A stretch of 32,000 bases of DNA, taken from assembly GCF_000019345.1 (NCBI RefSeq), contig NC_010503.1, positions 690,001 to 722,000 of the forward strand, read 5' to 3'. This document shows, one piece after another, positions 21,878-31,668 of this stretch. The stretch comes from Ureaplasma parvum serovar 3 str. ATCC 27815 (GTDB lineage: Bacteria; Bacillota_I; Bacilli_A; Mycoplasmatales; Mycoplasmoidaceae). Numbering within the stretch: the first letter of the stretch is position 1; each line of letters opens with the position of its first letter. Made by a program: the position numbers and the translations under genes. The notes under the pieces were generated by a model. It was not told the origin of the DNA. It searched no databases and saw only the letters and a list, made by a program, of their open reading frames with translations.

Positions 21878-24800
21878 TTAAAAATTATTTTGTTGCCATA
21901 AAACATAATCAATTTTATTATTGTTATTATTTGATGATAACGAATCATTAATTCGTGACACAATTTTATGTTTATCAATATATCATTCATACTCTTTAAT
22001 TCTGTAAGTTGAATAACCTCGATCTTCTAAAAAATATTGTCGATCAATATCCTCAAACATAATCTGAACACTACGGTTTTCTTTTCAAGTTTCTAGTAGA
22101 ATTGTTTTTACAATTTCTTTAGTTTCTTTTTTAATAATTACTAAATCAATTTTTTTAGTACCAATGTTTCAATTTGGAAAGATTTGGTATTTATTTGATA
22201 ATTTTTTTGTTAGTTCGCTATAGATTTCTTTAACTAAATCATTATCAAATTCTAAATATGTTTGTTGTTCTAAACTTTCAAGTGAATCATTAATACTTAA
22301 TTGACCATTAATTCGATCAACATATTCAATAAAGCGTTTAAATGTCAGTGCATTTTGATTATTAAGATTTGAAACTTGAATTTGATGACCATAAAGTGAT
22401 TTTATAACAATCATTTTTTTACGTGCACGAGTGATCGCTACATTTAAACGATTCATTCCGCCCTTAGCATTAAGTGGTCCAAAATTATTACGTAAATTTC
22501 CTTCAGGATTTGGGCCATAAGCAATTGATAAAATAACTAAATCACCTTCGTTACCCTGAACATTTTCAAGATTAGTTATCACAATTTCATTATTTTCAAT
22601 TTTGTCACACAATCCCTTTTCAAATATATTCATTCGTTCAAAAAGTAGGTTTTCAACTAGACTAGCTTGTATAGCATTAAATGTTACAATTAAGATTTTT
22701 TCATATTTTTTTCAATTATCAATTAATGTTGCAATTGTTTGTTCTGCTTCTAATGGATTACCTTTTTCTCAAACTCCATTAACATTAATAACGTCAATTC
22801 CTTTTTCAAAAGCACCTTGGCGTGTGGCTACTTCTAGATTATTGTTATAAATGTATTTATTTGAAAACTCGATTAACTCTTTTGAATCAGAACGATAATG
22901 ATTTTTTAAATGATATTCATTTCATCATGAAGTTTTAGCACGTTCTAATAAAGAATCTACTTTATCAAAATCATCAATTTCAAAGTCACTATCAGCTAAC
23001 TTATTAATAAAGAATGATGTTGGCTTTAATTGTTTATCATCACCAGAGACAACTTTAGTTTTACAACGATACACAATAGGATATGATCGTTCAATTGTCA
23101 TTTGGGATGCTTCATCAAAAATTCCATAATCAAATTCATTCTCAACTAATGGAATTAAAGATGCAACATTATCTGGACGCGCAACCCAAATCGGAAATAA
23201 ACGTTTTAAAGCAGTGTAATATTTAGATAAATAACGTGAAATTGATGGTCAAGAACGTGATGAAGCAATTCGTAATGCGTTAGTAATTTCATCTTTTTCT
23301 TGTTGAGGTAGTTTTGTTAAATAATTTCTTAAATTATTAATATATTTTTTAAAAACAATTTCACCAACAATTTTAGCGGAGCGCATTGATTCACGTCTTA
23401 ATTGAATAATAATATCTTGCAATAAACGCCCTTTAGTTTCAGAAAACATTGGAATTATATGTGTAATTTCATCTCATAAAACAATCACTTTTAATTTCTT
23501 AAATTGATCGTGCGTGATTAATGTTGAAACATGTTTCATAATTTTACCAATCTTTTCAAGATCAAATAAAATTAATGGTTCTAAATACAGCGTTTTAATA
23601 TATGGTAAAGATAATCATGATCATTCACGAATAATATCTTGCATTGTTGGTGTATAAATTTCAGCAAGCGTATGTAATTTTGACAAAAAATCAACATCCT
23701 GGTTGATAAATTCACGATACGAAGCAATTTGGTCCATTTTTGGTTTAGATAAATATTCAATATTATTTAAAAAATCTATGAATAATTCAATTACTTCTTG
23801 ACTATCACGATTGCGTGTTTTAATTTCTTTTAAACTTAATGATGATTCATCGCTTGGGTCAGCGTTAGTAATAATTGTACCGTTACTAATAAATTCAGCA
23901 AAAATAATTTGTTTGTTTTCATCACTTGCATTATTATAAATTGATAAAAATGCTGAAATACGATCTTTGTTTTTAATTAGAAAACTAAATCATTCATTTT
24001 TGGCTAATAATTTTTTGTGTTTTGTAAAAAAATTATCACATAAATCAATAATTTCATTTAGTTCTTGTGTTGTTTTTGATTGCAAACTAAAATCTTTATC
24101 TATCACATCTTTACGGAACTTTAAATAATCACCAATTTTGTCTATAAAAATACGTTTATCACGAATTGATTTATTCATAAAAATAGTGTTCGATTCAAGA
24201 TTATGTTCAGCTAAAAAGTTGTAATAATTATCAATGTCTTTGGTGATTCTATTAGCATGCATCAAAAATTTTGTCACTAATTCATCATTGGTTTGAATTT
24301 TATTGGTAATCATTTTTAAATGTTTTAAAATTTCTATAGAACTATAATTATCTGTTAGCTTATATTTTTTAATAAAAGAAGTAAATCTTAGATAAGCTGT
24401 AAATAAATCTTCAATTTTTAACAAATTGTATTCATTAAAAATAGTGCTGATCTCTTCAAATAATGTTGTTCGTTTTTCATTTTCTTCATTAAATTGTTGG
24501 GGAGTTAATCATTCTTTAACAATTTGTTCTCCTAATTCATTTTTGGTAGCCACATAATCAGCATAGTCCATTTTATAAATGCCATCATTATAATCTTCTA
24601 TACTCCAGTGTTTTTTAACTAATTGTAGTAATTCAGAATTTCAATCCTCATAATTTTTAAAAAACATTGATTCCTCTGGAGTAAATTTAATTGGTTCTAT
24701 TTCTTTAATCTTTGTAGAACGAGATTGTTCACGATACCATTGTGTACCTAATAAATCATTTAAATTAGAAATTTTTTCAAAAAAAGTTTCTTTGTTTGTT

Positions 24801-25981
24801 AAATCATAAACATATAAAGCAAATTGTGAAAGCGAACCTATTCTTTCTGTTAATACATCTAAAGCCGCACGTTTTTCTGATACTAATAAACTACTTTTTC
24901 CTTTTAATAAAACATTAAAGATAATATTTGCAATTACTTCAGACTTTCCTGTTCCAGGAGGTCCATAAATCAAAGTATTTTGTGAAAGTGATGATGCAAC
25001 AGCATATTTTTGAAAAATATTTAGAGGACGTCCAATTTCCACCACCATTTGTTCTTTAATTACTTTATCTTCATAATATTCAACTGGTTTATTCAAACCA
25101 TCGTTTTCTGATTCAAATGGATCAACATCCATTTCAATAATTTTATGTAAATCAGCTTTTAAAGCGCCCCCATCGGGTTCGAATAACCCCAGTACAGCTG
25201 ATGGTTCAATTTCAAAAGTTGTATATCGATCTAAAATTTGTGTCTCATTTTCGTTCATGAAAGGAACAAATTCGTTTTCGTTAATATTAATTTTTTGACC
25301 TGTCATATCTTCAATCATTTTAATAGTTGAAGACAATTCATAATTAGTCAACAATTCTGTTGTTTCAACCTTAAAATCTTGATAACCTTTTTTTAAAAAG
25401 ATTTGGATTTTTTCATTAACAATTGGCTCATCTTGAATTTTAGCGATAAAAATTTTATCAGCTTCTTCTCGAATTTCAACTTTAAATAAAGTTAATGGTG
25501 ATTTAAAAGGATCGTTTGGTAATAATTTTCCTTTCAAAAAATTAAAAGTAAAGTAAAGAGGTCAAACAGTTGTATCTTCAAAATAATTTTTTGCTAGTCT
25601 ATTAATAGAAATAAACTTTTTTCTAAATGCTAACAATTGTTCAATTGCTAAAGGAATAATTTTTTTCTTATTTGCATGAAAATCACGTTGTAGTAAATTA
25701 ATTTTATTATCTGCTAAATTTACATTGTAATTTACTAAGATTTCTAAAAATTCACCAATATTTAAAGCATTTTTTAAACTTTCTTCAAATAAATTTAAAT
25801 TCTTACCTACATTTAATTCAACATAACTAATTTCGCCATTAACAAAACTAATTAGATCTTCTTTTTTAATATACTTAAATAAGTCTATATTTCTTGATGA
25901 TGAAAGTCTTGTTAAAATAATTGAATCATGCGGATTTAAATTAACAAGATTCATCAATTTTTGTTTAATCGCTTTTTTCAT
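21878..25981 (-). CDS. 1367-aa Upf1-like SF1B helicase (DUF4011-like N-terminus, AAA_11/AAA_12 core) with C-terminal DUF559/Vsr-like nuclease-fold domain
   Basis: Five track ORFs (25562-25981, 24641-25537, 23990-24424, 23249-23449, 22169-22633) share one frame. I read all gaps and found at least 15 in-frame TGA and no TAA/TAG until TAA at 21878-21880. Motifs seen: Walker A GPPGTGKS (24941-24964), motif II DEASQ (23102-23116) and VAITRAR (22421-22441). The N-terminus has DUF4011-like LSSSRN..LF and SPLTLFKVEI stretches. The C-terminal tail reads IDLVIIKKE..ILLETWKE..RQYFLEDRGYSTYRI. Confidence 0.85.
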
Positions 25982-26176
25982 ACTTGTGGATACCTCGTTT
26001 TTTATAATATGATTATTTTAACTAAAAATAAGAAAGTTTTAATATCAAATTATTTATCTTATTTGTGCTAATATAATTCATATTTTTAATCTACATTTAA
26101 AAAATAACTTTGTTATAAAGTTGTATAATTATATAACATACAAATTAAATGGATTAAGTAAGCAAACTAAATTTAT
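25982..26176. promoter_or_regulatory. Divergent control region between the helicase and the KAP-like gene
   Basis: This 195-bp AT-rich spacer has plus-strand candidates TGcTAATAT (26066-26074, extended -10) and TATAAT (26124-26129). The minus-strand candidate is TATTAT followed by GAGGT upstream of the helicase ATG. No -35 is convincing. Confidence 0.4.
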
Positions 26177-27913
26177 ATGAGAAATAATTTATCTGATTTG
26201 GAAATCGAAAAATTGACCAAAACATTAGTATCAAAAAACAAAAGAGTTGTAGCTTTATATGGCGTTCCCGAAAACACTTCTTATAAACTAATGAACGATC
26301 TAATTAGTTTAATGGATGTAGAAATTCCTAATTGATCATCAATTTCAAGCGCAACTGAAGACCAATGTATTAATGATATTAAAAATTTTTTACTGTCAAA
26401 TGCAAGTTTAGAAAACTTTAAAAACTTGCCTTCTAATAACCCTTTAATTAATTGGTGGAAAAGACGCCGTTTAAATACTGTTGTTAAAAAGATTGAAGAA
26501 ATCAACTCAGCGTTCGCAGACCGTGAAATAACATCTCGTTCAAAAATCTTTTTGATGCCTGTTTTAACAGCATTTAGTACTTTAGGAACTACACTAGCTG
26601 TTCCTTTAATATCTGTTACTTTTTTACGGGGTGATGCAATTATTAATTTGTGGGGTAAAGATGGATATATTGCTTTCTTAAGTTTACTATTTTCTTTAGT
26701 TGTTGCTGTTATTATTTCAGCTTTTGTCGCTTTATTTAGTAGTTTAAAAAATAATAAACGTAATTATATTGTTTCAAACATGACCAAAGGTCTTAAAAGA
26801 ATATATGATAAATATTTTATCGAAAGTAATTCTCAAGAAAAGATTAATGCTAAAGTAACTTTTTATTCACGCTTTTTAGAACGTTCTAAATTCGTTGTTC
26901 AAAATAATTACACATTTTTTTATGATGTTGTAGATATTAATAGTGATCAATATCCTAAAATATTAAAATATTTCAAAACCTTAAACCAATTAAATAATAC
27001 AGTAATCTTCGATGCTAGTGGTTTTAAATATTTAGACGAACGTAAAATTTTCCGTAACATTATCGATTTAGAGAAAACAAATGTTGTCCGTTTGGATCGT
27101 TATAAAACAAAAACAAGCGGACGTCGCTTAATGAGTTTTATTTTCTATCAATTATCAATCATTGCTAATGTTAATACACGAAAACTTTTACAAAAATTTC
27201 CTTTCTTTGTCAACTCTTTATATCGTTTTTTAGATTACAGCGAAAAAAATACTGAGTTATTAACACTTTTATTAGACATTAAAAAACACGCTTCAAAAAC
27301 AGAAATTCCATTAAACGATGAATCACAATTATTTTTTGTAGACTTTTTTACATTCGTGGTTTTTAAAGCTTTGGATGAATTAGGATTTGAGACGCTAATG
27401 AATGATTTAACAGTCTATGGTCGTCCATCTGAAATCACTAAGAAAAATATAACTTATAATTCATTAAAATTGGATTACATCATTAATCGTAATGCGCGTA
27501 ATTTTGGACAACAAGCATTATTGTTTAACTTATTAGATTATTTTGATGAGACAGTAAATAAAAATATCTTTAACGAATTAGGAAATAGTAATAAAAACAT
27601 GATTTTTTCTAAAAATCATCAATTAAATTTAGCCAATGAAGCTTTAAGTAAAAAAGGTTTTACAAAGCGTGAAATTGATTTAAATAATCATTGATATGAT
27701 GCTTTATATTCTAATCTTCATGATGATGAAGACATGTTTGTTAAAATTATTGAAATTAAAGATAATGTTGATATCTTAAATGTATTAGATGAACTCTTTG
27801 TTCGTGCTCAAAATGATGGTGTTAAAAATTTATTAATTTATGTTTTTAATGTAAAAATGTTATATTCATTAATAGATAATGAATACGAGTTGGTTAATGA
27901 GTCAATTATTTAA
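26177..27913 (+). CDS. 578-aa membrane protein with KAP-NTPase-like topology but degenerate Walker motifs; function unknown
   Basis: ATG at 26177 with TAA two codons upstream in frame. The ORF extends the track ORF 26426-27694 at both ends through TGA at 26333 and 27692, ending at TAA 27911-27913. An N-terminal strand-loop-helix RVVALYGVPENTSYKLMNDL sits where a P-loop would be (26261-26281). A TM hairpin lies at ~26546-26746. The Walker-B-like VIFDASGFKYLDE lies at 27002-27022. Confidence 0.55.
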
Positions 27914-27977
27914 TACTTAATATATAAGTTTTTAAATTTAATTATTTTATTTAAAATAATAGGAGTAAAATAAAACG

Positions 27978-29264
27978 ATGACAAATGATGAGCGTAAAGA
28001 ATTTATTAGAAAAAATAAAATTATTTATTTTAATCGAATTCGTTACTTTTTTTATGAATGAACAGATATGAAAGCATATCAACGCATGTTAGTGCCTGAA
28101 ACTTTTTTCTCATTTTTTTATCAATTATTCGTCTTAATGATTGCTTTTTGTTCCGTTACAATTATTATTTATAATCAAATTGAATTAAAACAAGCTAATG
28201 AAGAGCACATAGACTTTATTGCTAAATATTTTGAAGTTTATTATGCTTTTAATATTTTTTTTATTATTGATTATTTAATTCGTATTTCATACGCTGATTA
28301 CACATACAATTCAATTTCAAGACTAAAGGCTTTTTTAATAGCACCATTTCGTTTTGTTAATTTATTGGATCTAGTATCTTTTGTAGCAATTGTTATCATT
28401 TATAATACAGGATTATTAGATTTTGTAGCAAAAATGAATGAAACAACTTCATATTCACAAAAATTTGATTATTATTATCAAATCATCAATAATAATGCTT
28501 ATATGAATGTTGTTCCTTGTATGTTTTTAATTAAAATCTTAGGTGCGCATTCTAAAATTATCAAAAATGTTATTTTGAGTAGTGAAGTTAATTTCTTTTG
28601 ACAAATTTTTAAACGGCGTTGACGTGTATTATTATCATCATTCTTAATTTTAGTTTTATTTACTTTTCTATTAAGTTTTATTATTTATAGAATTGAACAA
28701 AATTATTATGAAATAAAGCATATTTTGCCTGGTAATCCGTTGTACAAACTTAAAAATTTTGGTGAAACTTTGTGGTTTTCTATGGGAACAATTACCACGA
28801 TAGCTTATGGTGATGTTACACCTGTTTCTCCAGCTGGTAAAGTATTTGCCGTTATTTTAGGTGTAATTGGTGTTACCTATTATGGTTTTCTGACTTCATT
28901 ATTTGCTTCAGCTTTAATTTCAGTAATTAATGAATTTGGTAAACGCCGTGATAGCCGTAGATTGTTAGAATTTCAAAATGAAAACGAGCGATTATTGCAT
29001 GAATTTTCTGAGCAAATTAAAGTAGATATTGTCCAAGAATTAATTAAAAATAATGTTATTCAGGATCCAGAAGAAATTAAACGAATTGAAGATCTTCAAA
29101 ATCAAGAACGTGAAGCTTTAAAAATGAAAGCGAAACGCCGAAAGAAAATTTATTTTAGTGATGATTTATTTGATGATACAAAACGAATTAGTGTTTCAAA
29201 CGTCAAAGTACGTAGTGCTTCAAATGTAACAAAAGTATTAGGTCGATCATCAACAAAAAAATAA
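27978..29264 (+). CDS. 6TM voltage-gated-like potassium channel family protein (428 aa), filter TTIAYGD
   Basis: ATG at 27978 with AGGAG at 27961-27965. Track ORFs 28068-28601 and 28725-29264 share a frame, joined by TGA at 28059, 28599 and 28620. The layout is S1-S6 with a weakly charged S4 (FLIKILGAHSKIIK). The pore reads LWFSMGTITTIAYGDVTP, with the filter at 28794-28814. Stop is TAA at 29262-29264. Confidence 0.85.
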
Positions 29265-29266
29265 TT

Positions 29267-29297
29267 AAAAACCTGCAAGGTTAAATTGCTGGTTTTT
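29267..29297. terminator. Bidirectional terminator shared by the convergent K+ channel and ATP-grasp genes
   Basis: Arms AAAAACCTGCAA/TTGCTGGTTTTT (one mismatch) with a 7-nt loop, flanked by A and T runs. It sits between the stops at 29264 and 29302. Confidence 0.7.
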
Positions 29298-29301
29298 AAT
29301 T

Positions 29302-30219
29302 TTATTTTCAATATTTACCTCACTCAATGTCTTTTTGTTTTCACTGAGGATCATCTCAAAAAGTAAAAAAAGCGTTTGATGTGTTAAAAGTAATTTCACC
29401 AATATACAAGCGATGATCAACATAATAAAAATCAATACGAAAGTGTTTAAAATCATTTTTTAAAACTTCATAAATTTTTTGGCAAACATCTTTTATTTCA
29501 CTAAAGTCAAAATTAATTATTTCATGATTTAAAATTGATTTATTATTTTTTAAATCAAAAATATTACTTTTTAAAAAATCCCAATTTCAATTATTTTTTT
29601 CAATTTCATCCTTATTCATATATAAACAAAATTGCTCTTGTGCAAAACAAAATATTTTATAATCAGCAACGAGTGTTTGTTTTCCTAATAAAGGTTCAAT
29701 AAGTACTTGTGGTTTAATTTGTGAATAACATCATGTTTCATAAAAATTACGTGGATGATTAATTTTTTTATTAAGCAAGATGTTATTAAAATGAGTTATT
29801 ATTTGTGTTAATTCTGCTTGTGAAGTAGTTTCACGAATAATATATAAATCTTCATTTTCAGTGCTATTATTCAATTTAATAATATAAGGTTTAGGGAACT
29901 TATTAAGATCTAATAAAGTAATTTGATTTTGACGATTAAAAATTGCTAAAGTTGGAACTTGATATTGATATAATCGATGTTTTATTAATCATTTTTTAAA
30001 ACTTATTTTATCGACAATTTCTAAAATTTTCGATTGATCTGTATTTAAATACATATAAAGTAGTTTTTCATTATAAGTTTTTGGGTCTTGCAAATTCGGA
30101 GTATAACCCATTGTTTTGCTTCATATATTTATTAAAGATTTTTTAAATTGATTACGATCATTTTTATAATATAATCTTGTAATTTCATTTAATTCTTTAA
30201 TTAATTTATCAGTTATCAT
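29302..30219 (-). CDS. TupA-like ATP-grasp fold amidoligase family protein (305 aa)
   Basis: This gene is absent from the ORF track because it has 8 in-frame TGA. I read all 306 codons from ATG 30219 to TAA 29302-29304. The sequence pattern matches the TupA-like ATP-grasp family (PKTYNEKLLYMYL, YIIKLNNST, WCYSQIKPQVLIEPLL, DYKIFCF, FRIDFYYVDHRLYIGEITFN). Confidence 0.75.
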
Positions 30220-30224
30220 ATTTT

Positions 30225-31178
30225 TTATTCCTTGATTAAAACATTAACTCTCTTAGTAATTATTTTAGGAGCATATGATAATTTTGAAGCACTTATATTA
30301 TCAGACCACGCCCCATCTTGTCGATCTATCAATCAATTATTAATATTATTAATTATTAAATTTTGTGATAATAAATATTGATACATACCTCTAATTTCAC
30401 GATCTGTTTGCTCAATAAGAATTTCTGCAATATTTGGACGAGTATAAACTAATGTAAATCCAACTATTTTATTTATTGATTTTTTTATTAAAAGTGATCC
30501 CATAAAATAAGGATTAGTTTGTGTGTTTAATAACAAATCAGAATTAGAATTAACTAGCATTCTTTTTGAATTAATAAAATTTTTAACATCTCATTCTTTT
30601 AAGAAAGTGCAAACCTCATGTAAATGAAATTTAGGATTATACTTAATAATTTCATAATCATTTTTAAAATTTTTAATAAAAAAATTAAGATTATTACGCT
30701 TTTTTTGTAGAATTTTTCCACAAAAGTATTTTAATGATTGCGTTTCATAAATAAAATTTGAATATCAACTATAAATTAATTCAAAATTAAATTGAGATAA
30801 ATTATTTAAATAATTTTCATCTTGTATTCCATTAATTGCTAATAAAAATTCTTTTTTAAAATTTGTTTTTAATGCTTCTAAAGCAATTGGAATCAATGTT
30901 GTTCAATCATATTTTTTTGCATCAAAATAAGCGAATATAATAAAAAATTTGCCAATAAACTGTGTTGCAATTTTATTTTGTTCAATTATCTTTAATTCTT
31001 CATTTGCTTGTGCATAAAATAGAACAATATTTTTATCTTTTAAATACTCAAAATAAATATCATAACCATAATAAGTTCATAATAATAATGTCAAGGTCGA
31101 AATTTGTTGTCCAGGATTAATATCTTCTTTTATTTGCTCAACAAATTCATAATTATTTCATGTTAGTTTTGTATACAT
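30225..31178 (-). CDS. DUF2156 domain protein (MprF C-terminal / aminoacyl-lipid synthase-like GNAT fold), 317 aa, no TM domain
   Basis: ATG at 31178 with TAA two codons upstream. There are 6 in-frame TGA, and I read all codons to TAA at 30225-30227. DUF2156-like motifs are present (QKKRNNLNFFIKNF, EQTDREIRGMYQYLL, SASKLSYAPK). The stop is 5 nt from the ATP-grasp ATG, with AAGGAA in the 3' end. Confidence 0.65.
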
Positions 31179-31198
31179 ATAACCTTATAAGATATAAT

Positions 31199-31223
31199 AA
31201 AAATCCATATAAAATGGATTTTT
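31199..31223 (-). terminator. Hairpin after rpsI (likely terminator or attenuator)
   Basis: Perfect 10-bp arms AAAAATCCAT/ATGGATTTTT with a 5-nt loop, 24 nt after the rpsI stop. The trailing tract on the minus strand (ATTATATCTT) is only moderately U-rich. Confidence 0.55.
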
Positions 31224-31247
31224 AAATGTTTAATAATTAAAAATAAA

Positions 31248-31649
31248 TTAACGTTTTGTAAATTGAGGAGCACGACGTGCACCATATAGCCCAAATTTCT
31301 TACGTTCTTTAACACGTGAATCACGTGTTACTAAACCAGCTTTACGTAAATCGGTTTTTAAATCTTCGCGAGTTTGAATTAAAGCACGAGTAATTCCTAA
31401 ACGAATTGCTCCAGCTTGTCCATTAAATCCACCACCAATAACTTTAACATAAACATCATAAGTTTCAGCTGTTTTTGTTAAAACCAATGGTTGCATCATG
31501 TCTTGGATAACTAATTTATTTGGAAAATAATTTTCTGGTTGACGATCATTAACAAGAACCTTTCCAGAACCTGGAACTAATTTAACTCTTGCAATTGAAG
31601 ATTTACGACGACCTAAACCTTTGTATTCAACAATATTACTTTTTTGCAT
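31248..31649 (-). CDS. rpsI: 30S ribosomal protein S9
   Basis: Intact 133-aa ORF with the typical S9 C-terminus ([29 protein letters not shown]). GAAGGAA lies upstream. Confidence 0.95.
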
Positions 31650-31668
31650 AATAATTTAATTCCTTCTT

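Noticed and set aside
26281-26505. Minus-strand 74-aa ORF.
   Set aside because: It is antisense to the N-terminal part of the 578-aa plus-strand gene, which extends upstream to ATG 26177 through a UGA. It has no SD.
29265-29456. Minus-strand 63-aa hydrophobic ORF next to the channel gene.
   Set aside because: It is out of frame with, and fully overlapped by, the 3' end of the ATP-grasp gene (29302-30219). It also runs through the bidirectional terminator.
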